Assembly (NCBI GenBank): GCA_030390025.1
Contig: JASTWF010000034.1
Coordinates: 4,898,001-4,962,000, forward strand
From: Squalus acanthias
Lineage: Eukaryota
DNA length: 64,000 nucleotides
Direction of reading: 5' to 3'
The notes beneath the pieces are model-generated. The model was not told where the DNA came from. It saw only the letters and a program-made list of their open reading frames with translations, and made no database searches. A program made the translations under genes and the position numbers. Positions within the stretch are counted from its first letter, which is position 1, and each line of letters opens with the position of its first letter. This document shows positions 22,470 through 34,066 of this stretch, one piece after another.

Positions 22470-23618
22470 TTAAGAACATAATAACTTACGAAATCAGAGC
22501 AGGAGGAGTACATTCTGCCCCTCGTGCCTGCTCCGCCATTTATTGAGATCATGGCTAATCCGATTTTGGCCTCAACTCCACTTTCCTGCCTGTTCCCCAT
22601 AACCTTTCACTCTCCTGATGCTCAATTTTTTTTTTCGATCTCAGCTTTGAACATATTCAATGACTCAGCTTCCACAGCTCTCTGGAATAAAGAATTACAA
22701 ATTTTCACCACCCTCTGAGAGAGGAAATTCTTTCTTATCTCCATCTTAAATGAGTGACCACTTATTCTGAGACTTCATCCCTTTGTTCTAGATTCCCCAC
22801 GAGGGGAAACATCCTCTCAGCATCTACCCTGTCCAAACCCCTCAGAATCTTATATGTTTCAATCACATCACCGCTCATTCTTCTGAACTCCAATGACAAT
22901 AGGCCCAACCTGCTTAACCTTGCCTCATAAGACAACCTTTCCATCTCAAGAATCAACCTAGTGAATAATCTTTGAACTGCCTCCAATGCAAGTATATCCC
23001 TCCTTAAATAAGAAGACCAAAACTGCACGCAATACTCGAGGTGTGGGCTCACCCGCGCCCTGTACAGTTGTAGCACGACGTCCCTAATGTTATACTCTAT
23101 CCCCCTTGAAATAAAGGCCAACATGCCATTTTCCTTCCTAATTACTTGCTGCACCTGCATGTTAACTTTTTGTGTTTCCTGTACGAGGATACCCAAATCC
23201 CTCTGTACCGCCACATTCTGAGGTCTTTCTCCATTAAAATAATATTTTTCTTTTCTATTCTTCCTACCAAAGTGGATAACTTCACATTTTTCCACATTAT
23301 ACTCCATCTGCCAAATTCTTGCCCGCTCACTTAAACTATCTAAATCCTGTTGCAGACTCTTTATGTTTACCTCACAACTTGCTTTCCCAAATATCTTTGT
23401 ATTGATTGCAAATTTGGCTACAATACACTCGCTTCCTTCATCCAAATCATTAATATAGATTGAAAATAGTTGATGCGCCAGCACTGATACTGTGGCACCC
23501 CACTAGTTGCAGATTGCCATCCTGAAAATGACCCATTTATCCTGATTCTCTTTTTTCTGTTAGTTAGCCAATTCCCTATTCAATATCATATATTAGCCAC
23601 AACACCATGAGCTCTTAT
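22470..23618 (-). mobile_element. antisense CR1 3' fragment (unit 2)
   Basis: ORF 22762-23484 is CR1 RT C-terminal (IYINDLDEG, HLEYCVQFWS). Confidence 0.92.
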
Positions 23619-23714
23619 TAGATTTGTTGGCTTAACTGATGGTCACTTGTTCATTTTTTGGTTCTGTGTCAGATTAAATGTGTTGGGTTTGATCTGTCTC
23701 CGCCACTGGTTCAG

Positions 23715-23788
23715 GCCTGCCTCGCTAAATCGCAAGAGCATGAATCACTTAATTTCAGAGTCGTGAGTTTTAAACCCCCTGTTGGTCT
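23715..23788 (+). pseudogene. tRNA-Lys(CTT) relic (unit 3)
   Basis: Homologue of 16225-16298. Confidence 0.6.
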
Positions 23789-26377
23789 GTTTGAGCTTTG
23801 AGTGTTTCGGCTGATTTCACAGACGATCCCCAGATCCAAATTCCTGGGCAAAGAATTCAAGGTGTGTTTGATATAAATGAGATTCAACAACAGTATGAGG
23901 AAATCTCTCCCTGATCCGGGCCTTTCGCTCGAAACTCGCTGCTAATGATTGAACTTTATTTTAATTCACCCGCAGCTTGGAATTATTGCGGCTCATGGGA
24001 CTTCTGGCTGTCTCTCCCATCACAACCTATCGGTGCCGAGAAAACAACTGAGAATTTGTACCGTGTACAGTTTTGTTCTCCTTACCTAAGGTAGGATATA
24101 CTTTCTTTAGAGAGGATGCAAAGAAGTTTCACTAGAGTGATTCCTGGGACGAGAGGGCTGTCCCATGAGGAGGGATTGAGTACAATGGGACTATATTCTC
24201 AGGGGTTTGGGAGAATGAGATGCAAACTCATTGAAACGTATGAAATTGTAGAGTGCTTGAACATTCTAATTCAGAGGCAAGTGAGCTCCCAGCTGAGGCA
24301 CGGCAGACAGATGGTGCTTCAGACTAACTTTAAGTCAGTGGTACAACTCGAAAATCAGAATGGCCAATTATTCTGCTTTGGGAGACGAAGAGGTTCATTA
24401 CATTTTGATGTCCTCCTTGATGTTTTCCTTATCCCTCTTGATGCTCTCCGAACCTGCACTGCTTGTTAAATCTCTGAAATGAATAATGGACTCCGTTCCT
24501 GATGTACAATTTGCTGAAAATTCAACAAATCGAAAAGAATTCCAGGAATCATTAAAATAATCTAAACCCCTCCGATATTTAACGGTTATATAACATGTTT
24601 AGAAAAGTTGTAAACCCACGTTGCATTTTATTCATCGTCTGCCGATCTGCTTGACTGTCTCGTGGGCTGTGGTCTCTTTGTCACCTCAGAATGGCTGCTC
24701 TGATACCATTCCTGCTGTCAAAAACAAGCTTTCCAGTCACTTTCAATTATCTCTCCCCCACGGTCACACAGACTGATGCGACCAGACAGCGCCTGCTGTT
24801 GACAACGGTTCCCCACAGTCTCTCGAGGCCTCGTTACCTCTAGCTTTCCAGATAGCCTGAATCACACAATTGGAAATCTGTTCAGGCTTCCCAGCATGAC
24901 GTCTTGCACAGCCAGTTTAACATTTCTTTGTTGGAAATAATACCTTTAACCAAACTCAGCTCGGTTAGCAGTTCAGTAATCCAGGTAATTCTTTAGTATC
25001 CTTAAAGCGGTATTGAAATGTCCAAAATCCTTCTAGTGGACGCGGATTGAAGAATATAAAAAATTACAAGCATCGAGTCCAACACTGACCAGATCCACCT
25101 CGAACAAATTTCAAACCTGCACGGGTGAAACACAAACATCGCCCAACAGTTTAAATTCTCAAATCGCCGAACCTGCACTGCTTATTAAATCTCTGAAATG
25201 AATAATGGGCTCCGTTCCTGATGTTCAATTTGCTGAAAATTCAACAAATCGAAAAGAATTCCAGGAATCATTAAAATAATCTAAACCCCTCCGATATTTA
25301 ACGATTATATAACATGTTTAGAAAAGTTGTAAAACCACGTTGCATTTTATTCATCGTCTTTGCGATGTGATTTCCATTACTGCGATTGGTGGCACCTCAT
25401 TAAGCCACAGGTACACAGTGGAGAAACTATTTCCCTGTTCTGTATTACCTGACACTGAGCTGGCACTGTTCCAGCAGAAACGGCACTCCCTGCAGTTCAC
25501 TTAGTCATGGGTTTAAATCTTTGTTAATTTTTCTCCTTAATGAAGACTGAAGTTGGGATAAGTTCTCAGTCCCCGTGAAATTACTTTTAAACAGCAGATT
25601 TATGAGAAGCAGGAACTTTTTGCCCACTGTTGGGAATCGAATCTTCATGACTGAGCCTGACTCCCGCAGTTAAACAGGTCAGTTGTCCTGTCTTCGTGTG
25701 GTCAACATCTCTTAGAGTTGTCCAATCAGGGAGTTTGATGATTGAAGTGATGTTGATTGGATTATTAGATTGCTCTGCGTGTTGATCTTCAATATCTCTA
25801 TTTAAATATATTCTGCTCTATTGTAACCATGAGGGGAAATAAAGTCTCGCTCTGCTGTGCTCACCTGATCGGTACTAATAGGATAATGTAACCCGATATC
25901 TCAGTGCAGGTTTCCTTTGTGTGTAAATCAGGCTTCCAGTCAAGCGAGCAACAGCTGCTCCAACAACAACAGAATTCACCGTTTCTCACAGAAAATGCGA
26001 GCAGATTTGGTCGTTATTCGGATTGAAGATGATTTCTACCTTACGCCGTCAACCTATGTGGTCAGTGAGTATTTCTGGACAGTTCCTAACTGTGTAAATA
26101 TGTATCCCACGGTATGACCGTTTCTCTCCTGCCTTTTGAGGTTTCAGCCCCATTGTTCTGAGCTGCTTCTTACAGAGGCGGCTGTTTACTGAGCTCAGTG
26201 CTGAAACAGTTGTGCTTTTACCTTTTACTATTTATTCCTTGTGATCGCTTTATTAAGACAAGAATATTCTTTGAAACTCCAACATCAGTAATGTAACCGG
26301 GTTAATAATTGCATCCCACATTTATTGTTTTCTGAATCAGGCCGAGCGCTTGCATTCTTTTTGGGAGATGGGTAACT

Positions 26378-27510
26378 TTAAGAATATCAGAAAATAAGAA
26401 AAAGGAGAAGGAGCAGACCATTCTGCCCCTCGAGCCTGCTCCGCCATTTAATGAGATCATGGCTAATCCGATTTTGGCCTCAACTCCACTTTCCTGCCTG
26501 CTCCCCATAACCTTTGACACCCCTGATGCTCAAAAATGTTTCTATCTCAGCCTTGAATATATTCCACAGCTCTCTGGGGTAAAGAATTACAAAGTTTCAC
26601 GAGCCTCTGAGAGAAGACATTATTCCTTATCTCCATCTTAAATGAGTGACCCCTTATTCTGAGACTATGTCCCTTTGCTCCAGATTCCCCCACGAGGGGA
26701 AACATCCTCTCAGCATCTACCCTGTCCATCCCCTCGGAATCTTATATATTTCAATAACATCACCGCTGATTCTTCTAAACTCCAATGACAATAAACCCAA
26801 CCTTCTTAACCTTGCCTCATAAGACAACCTTTCCATCCCAAGAATCAACCTCGTGAATGATCTATGAACTGCCTCCAGTGCAAGTATATCCCTCCTTAAA
26901 TAAGAAGACCAAAACTGTACGCAATACTCTAGGTGTGTCTCACCCGCGCCCTGTACAGTTGTAGCAAGACGTCCCTAATTTTATACTCCATCCCCCTTGA
27001 AATAAAGGTCAACATGCCATTTTCCTTCCTAATTACTTGCTGTTCCTGCATGTTAACTTTTTGTGTTTCATGTACGAGGACACCCAAATCCCTCTGTACC
27101 GCCGCATTCTGAAGTCTTTATCCATTTAAATAATATTTTTATTTTCTATTCTTCCTACCAAAGTGGATCACTTCACATTTTCCCACATTATAATCCTTCT
27201 CCCAAATTCTTGCCCGCTCACTTAAACTATCTAAATCCCTTTGCAGACTCTTTATGTTTACCTCACAAATTGCTTTCCCACCGATCTTTGTATTGTCTGC
27301 AAATTTGGCTACAATACACTCGTTTCCTTCATCCAAATCATTAATATAGATTGGAAATAGTTGAGGCACCAGCACTGATACTGTGGCACCCCACTAGTTG
27401 CAGATTGCCATCCTGAAAATGACCCATTTATCCTGATTCTCTTTTTTCTGTTAGTTAGCCAATTCCCTATTCAATATCATATATTAGCCACAACACCATG
27501 AGCTCTTATT
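26378..27510 (-). mobile_element. antisense CR1 3' fragment (unit 3)
   Basis: IYINDLDEG...AKFADNTKIGG on the minus strand. Confidence 0.92.
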
Positions 27511-27605
27511 AGATTTGTTGGCTTAACTGATGGTCACTTGTTCATTTTTTGGTTCTGTGTCAGATTAAATGTGTTGGGTTTGATCTGTCTCCGCCACTGG
27601 TTGAG

Positions 27606-27679
27606 GCCTGCCTCGCTAAATCGCAAGAGCATGAATCACTTAATTTCAGAGTCGTGAGTTTTAAACCCCCTGTTGGTCT
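27606..27679 (+). pseudogene. tRNA-Lys(CTT) relic (unit 4)
   Basis: Near-identical to the unit 3 copy. Confidence 0.6.
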
Positions 27680-30246
27680 GTTTGAGCTTTGAGTGTTTCG
27701 GCTGATTTCACAGACGATCCCCAGATCCAAATTCCTGGGCAAAGAATTCAAGGTGTGTTTGATATAAATGAGATTCAACAACAGTATCAGGAAATCTCTC
27801 CCTGATCCGGGCCTTTCGCTCGAAACTCGCTGCTAATGATTGAACTTTATTTAATTCACCCGCAGCTTGGAATTATTGCGGCTCACTGGGACTTCTGGCT
27901 GTCTCTCCCATCACAACCTATCGGTGCCGAGAAAACAACTGAGAATTTGTACCGTGTACAGTTTTGTTCTCCTTACCTAAGGTAGGATATACTTTCTTTA
28001 GAGAGGATGCAAAGAAGTTTCACTAGAGTGATTCCTGGGACGAGAGGGCTGTCCCATGAGGAGGGATTGAGTACAATGGGACTATATTCTCAGGGGTTTT
28101 GGAGAATGAGATGCAAACTCATTGAAACGTATGAAATTGTAGAGTGCTTGAACATTCTAATTCAGAGGCAAGTGAGCTCCCAGCTGAGGCACGGCAGACA
28201 GATGGTGCTTCAGACTACCTTTAAGTCAGTGGTGCAACTCGAAAATCAGAATGGCCAATTATTCTGCTTTGGGAGACGAAGAGGTTCATTACATTTTGAT
28301 GTCCTCCTTGATGTTTTCCTTATCCCTCTTGATGCTCTCCGAACCTGCACTGCTTGTTAAATCTCTGAAATGAATAATGGACTCCGTTCCTGATGTTCAA
28401 TTTGCTGAAAATTCATCAAATCGAAAAGAATTCCAGGAATCATTAAAATAATCTAAACCCCTCCGATATTTAACGGTTATATAACATGTTTAGAAAAGTT
28501 GTAAACCCACGTTGCATTTTATTCATCGTCTGCCGATCTGCTTGACTGTCTCGTGGGCTGTGGTCTCTTTGTCACCTCAGAATGGCTGCTCTGATACCAT
28601 TCCTGCTGACAAAAACAAGCTTTCCAGTCACTTTCAATTATCTCTCCCCCACGGTCACACAGACTGATGCGACCAGACAGCGCCTGCTGTTGACAACGGT
28701 TCCCCACAGTCTCTCGAGGCCTCGTTACCTCTAGCTTTCCAGATAGCCTGAATCACACAATTGGAAATCTGTTCAGGCTTCCCAGCATGACGTCTTGCAC
28801 AGCCAGTTTAACATTTCTTTGTTGGAAATAATACCTTTAACCAAACTCAGCTCGGTTAGCAGTTCAGTAATCCAGGTAATTCTTTAGTATCCTTAAAGCG
28901 GTATTGAAATGTCCAAAATCCTTCTAGTGGACGCGGATTGAAGAATATAAAAAATTACAAGCATCGAGTCCAACACTGACCAGATCCACCTCGAACAAAT
29001 TTCAAACCTGCACGGGTGAAACACAAACATCGCCCAACAGTTTAAATTCTCAAATCGCCGAACCTGCACTGCTTATTAAATCTCTGAAATGAATAATGGG
29101 CTCCGTTCCTGATGTTCAATTTGCTGAAAATTCAACAAATCGAAAAGAATTCCAGGAATCATTAAAATAATCTAAACCCCTCCGATATTTAACGATTATA
29201 TAACATGTTTAGAAAAGTTGTAAAACCACGTTGCATTTTATTCATCGTCTTTGCGATGTGATTTCCATTACTGCGATTGGTGGCACCTCATTAAGCCACA
29301 GGTACACAGTGGAGAAACTATTTCCCTGTTCTGTATTACCTGACACTGAGCTGGCACTGTTCCAGCAGAAACGGCACTCCCTGCAGTTCACTTAGTCATG
29401 GGTTTAAATCTTTGTTCATTTTTCTCCTTAATGAAGACTGAAGTTGGGATAAGTTCTCAGTCCCCGTGACATTACTTTTAAACAGCAGATTTATGAGAAG
29501 CAGGAACTTTTTGCCCACTGTTGGGAATCGAATCTTCATGACTGAGCCTGACTCCCGCAGTTAAACAGGTCAGTTGTCCTGTCTTCGTGTGGTCAACATC
29601 TCTTAGAGTTGTCCAATCAGGGAGTTTGATGATTGAAGTGATGTTGATTGGATTATTAGATTGCTCTGCGTGTTGATCTTCAATATCTCTATTTAAATAT
29701 ATTCTGCTCTATTGTAACCATGAGGGTGCTCACCTGATCGGTACTAATAGGATAATGTAACCCGATATCTCAGTGCAGGTTTCCTTTGTGTGTAAATCAG
29801 GCTTCCAGTCAAGCGAGCAACAGCTGCTCCAACAACAACAGAACTCACCGTTTCTCACAGAAAATGCGAGCAGATTTGGTCGTTATTCGGATTGAAGATG
29901 ATTTCTACCTTACGCCGTCAACCTATGTGGTCAGTGAGTATTTCTGGACAGTTCCTAACTGTGTAAATATGTATCCCACGGTATGACCGTTTCTCTCCTG
30001 CCTTTTGAGGTTTCAGCCCCATTGTTCTGAGCTGCTTCTTACAGAGGCGGCTGTTTACTGAGCTCAGTGCTGAAACAGTTGTGCTTTTACCTTTTACTAT
30101 TTATTCCTTGTGATCGCTTTATTAAGACAAGAATATTCTTTGAAACTCCAACATCAGTAATGTAACCGGGTTAATAATTGCATCCCACATTTATTGTTTT
30201 CTGAATCAGGCCGAGCGCTTGCATTCTTTTTGGGAGATGGGTAACT

Positions 30247-31379
30247 TTAAGAATATCAGAAAATAAGAAAAAGGAGAAGGAGCAGACCATTCTGCCCCTC
30301 GAGCCTGCTCCGCCATTTAATGAGATCATGGCTAATCCGATTTTGGCCTCAACTCCACTTTCCTGCCTGCTCCCCATAACCTTTGACACCCCTGATGCTC
30401 AAAAATGTTTCTATCTCAGCCTTGAATATATTCCACAGCTCTCTGGGGTAAAGAATTACAAAGTTTCACGAGCCTCTGAGAGAAGACATTATTCCTTATC
30501 TCCATCTTAAATGAGTGACCCCTTATTCTGAGACTATGTCCCTTTGCTCCAGATTCCCCCACGAGGGGAAACATCCTCTCAGCATCTACCCTGTCCATCC
30601 CCTCAGAATCTTATATATTTCAATAACATCACCGCTGATTCTTCTAAACTCCAATGACAATAGACCCAACCTTCTTAACCTTGCCTCATAAGACAACCTT
30701 TCCATCCCAAGAATCAACCTCGTGAATGATCTATGAACTGCCTCCAGTGCAAGTATATCCCTCCTTAAATAAGAAGACCAAAACTGTACGCAATACTCGA
30801 GGTGTGTCTCACCCGCGCCCTGTACAGTTGTAGCAAGACGTCCCTAATTTTATACTCCATCCCCCTTGAAATAAAGGTCAACATGCCATTTTCCTTCCTA
30901 ATTACTTGCTGTTCCTGCATGTTAACTTTTTGTGTTTCATGTACGAGGACACCCAAATCCCTCTGTACCGCCGCATTCTGAAGTCTTTATCCATTTAAAT
31001 AATATTTTTATTTTCTATTCTTCCTACCAAAGTGGATAACTTCACATTTTCCCACATTATAATCCTTCTCCCAAATTCTTGCCCGCTCACTTAAACTATC
31101 TAAATCCCTTTGCAGACTCTTTATGTTTACCTCACAAATTGCTTTCCCACCGATCTTTGTATTGTCTGCAAATTTGGCTACAATACACTCGTTTCCTTCA
31201 TCCAAATCATTAATATAGATTGGAAATAGTTGAGGCACCAGCACTGATACTGTGGCACCCCACTAGTTGCAGATTGCCATCCTGAAAATGAGCCATTTAT
31301 CCTGACTCTCTGTTTTCTGTTAGTTAGCCAATTCTCTATTCAATCTCATATATTAGCGCCAACACCATGAGCTCTTATT
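30247..31379 (-). mobile_element. antisense CR1 3' fragment (unit 4)
   Basis: Near-identical to the unit 3 fragment. Confidence 0.92.
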
Positions 31380-31474
31380 AGATTTGTTGGCTTAGCTGCT
31401 GGTCACTTGTTCATTTTTTGGTCCTGTGTCAGATTAAATGTGTTGGGTTTGGTCAGTCTCCGCCACTGGTTGAG

Positions 31475-31548
31475 GCCTGCCTCGCTAAATCGCAGGAACA
31501 TGAATCACTTAATTTCAGAGTCCTGAATTTTAAGCCCCCTGTTGGGCG
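31475..31548 (+). pseudogene. tRNA-Lys(CTT) relic (unit 5)
   Basis: Homologue retaining the terminal gttgggcg. Confidence 0.6.
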
Positions 31549-33947
31549 GTTTGAGTTTTGAGTGTTTCGGCTGATTTCACAGGCGAGCCCCAGATCCAAA
31601 TTCCTGGGCAAAGAATTCAAGGTGTGTTTGATAAAAATGAGATTCAACAACAGTATCAGGAAATCTCTCCCTGAGTCGGGACTATCGCTCGAAACTCGCT
31701 GCTAACGATTGAACTTTCTTTCAATTCACCCGCAGCTCGGAATTAGTGCGGCTCACTGGGACTTCTGGCTGTCTCTCCCATCACAACCTATCGGTGCCGA
31801 GAAAACAACTGAGAATTTGTACCGTGTACAGTTTTGTTCTCCTTACCTAAGGTAGGATATACTTTCTTTAGAGAGGATGCAACGAAGTTTCACTAGAGTG
31901 ATTCCTGGGACGAGAGGGCTGTCCCATGAGCAGGGATTGAGTAAAATGGGGCTATATTCTCAGGTGTTTTGGAGAATGAGATGCACACTCATTGAAACGT
32001 ATGAAATTGTAGATTGCTTGAACATTCTAATTCAGAGGCAAGTGAGCTCCCAGCTGAGGCACGGCATACAGATGGTGCTTCAGACTACCTTTAAGTCAGT
32101 GGTGCAACTCGAAACTCAGAATGGCCAATTATTCTGCTTTGGGAGACGGAGAGGTTCATTACATGTTTATGTCCTCCTTGATGTTTTCCTTATCCCTCTT
32201 GATGCTCTCCTCCCCGTCTGCCGATTTGCTTGACTGTCTCGTGGGCTGGGGTCTCTTTGTCACCTCAGAATGGCTGCTCTGATACCATTCCTGCTGACAA
32301 AAACAAGCTTTCCAGTCACTTTCAATTATCTCTCCCCCACGGTCACACAGACTGATGCGACCAGACAGCGCCTGCTGTTGACAACGGTTCCTCACAGTCT
32401 CTCGAGGCCTCGTTACCTCTAGCTTTCCAGACAGCCTGAATCACACTTTGGGAACTTGGTCAGGCTTCCCAGCATGCCGTCTTGAACAGTCAGTTTAACA
32501 TTTCTTTGTTGGAATTAATACTTTTAACCAAACTTAGCTCCTTTAGCAGTTCAGTAATCCAGGTAATTTTTTGGTATCCTTAAAAGCGGTATTGAAATGT
32601 CCAAAATCCTTCTAGTGGACGCGGATTGAAGAATATAAAAAATTACAAGCATCGAGTCCAACACTGAGCAGATCCACTGCGAACAAGTTTCAAACCTGCG
32701 TGGGTGAAACACAGACATCGCCCAACAGGTTCATAATCAAATCACCGAACCTGCGCTGCTTGTTAAATTTCTGCAATGAATATTGGTCTCCGTTCCTGAT
32801 GTTCAATTTGCTGAAAATTCATCAAATCGAAAAGAATTACAGGAATCATTAAAATAATCTAAACCCCAACGATATTTAACGGTTGTATAACATGTTTAGA
32901 AAAGTTGTAAACCCACGTTGCATTTTATTCATAGTCTTTGCGATGTGATTACTGCGATTTGTGGTACCTCTTTAAGCCACAGGTACACAGTTGAGAAACT
33001 ATTTCCCTGTTCTGTATTACCTGACACTGACCTGGCATTGTTCCAGCAGAAAGGGCACTCCCTGCAGTTCACTTATTCGTGGGTTTAAATGTTTCTCCAT
33101 TTTTCGACTTAATGAAGACTGAGGATTGGACAAGTTCATAGTCACCGAGACATTACTAATAAAAAGCAATATTTTGAGAAGAGGAACTTTTTGCCCACTG
33201 CTGGGAATCGAATCTTCATGACTGAGCCTGACTCCCGCCGTTAAACAGGTCAGTTGTCCTGTCTTCGTGTGGTCAACATCTCTTAGAGTTGTCCAATCAG
33301 GGAGTTTGATGATTGAAGTGATATTGATTGGATTATTAGATTGCTCTGCGTGTTCATCTTCAATATCGCTATTTAAATATATTCTGCTCTATTATAACCA
33401 TGAGTGGAAATAAAGTCTCACGCTGCTGTGCCCACCTGACCGGCACTAATAGGATAATGTAACCCGATATCTCAGTGCAGGTTTCCCTGTGTGCATATCA
33501 GGCTTCCAGTCAAGCGAGCAACAGCTGTTCCAACAACAACAGAACTCACGGTTTCTCACAGTAAATGCACGCAGATTTGTTCGTTATTAGGATTCACGAT
33601 GATTTCTACCTTACACCGTCAACCTATGTGGTCAGTGAGAGTTTCTGGACAGTTCCTAACTGTTTAAATATGTATCCCAGGATATGACCGCTTCTCTCCT
33701 GCCTTTTGAGGTTTCAGCCCCATTGTTCTGAGCTGTCTCTTACACAGGCGGCTGTTTACTGAGCTCAGTGCTGAAACAGTTGTGCTTTTACCTTTTATTA
33801 TTTATTCCACGTGATCGCTTTATTCAGTCAAGAATATTCTTTGAAACTCCAACATCAGTAATGTAACCGGGTTAATGATTGCATCCCACATTTAATGATT
33901 TCTGAATCAGCCCGAGCGCTGGCATCATTTTTGGGTGATGGGTAACT

Positions 33948-34065
33948 TTAAGAACATAAGAACATAAGAAATAGGTGCAGGAGCAGGCCATTCGGCTCCT
34001 CGAGCCTGCTCCGCCATTTAATCAGATCATGGCTAATCCGATTTGGCCTCAACTCCACATTCCTG
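33948..34065 (-). mobile_element. CR1 3' tail fragment (unit 5), cut off by the satellite
   Basis: aagaacataagaacataagaaatagg... matches the other units, then switches abruptly to cgatcacaga at 34067. Confidence 0.85.
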
Positions 34066-34066
34066 A

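Larger units (their letters stand above)
16225..34065. repeat. tandem segmental repeat (macrosatellite-like), 5 units of ~3.6-3.9 kb, the last truncated
   Basis: Anchor ctatttccctgttctgtattacctgacactga at ~16801, 21533, 25428, 29318 and 32999. tRNA relics start the units at 16225, 20149, 23715, 27606 and 31475. Confidence 0.95.
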
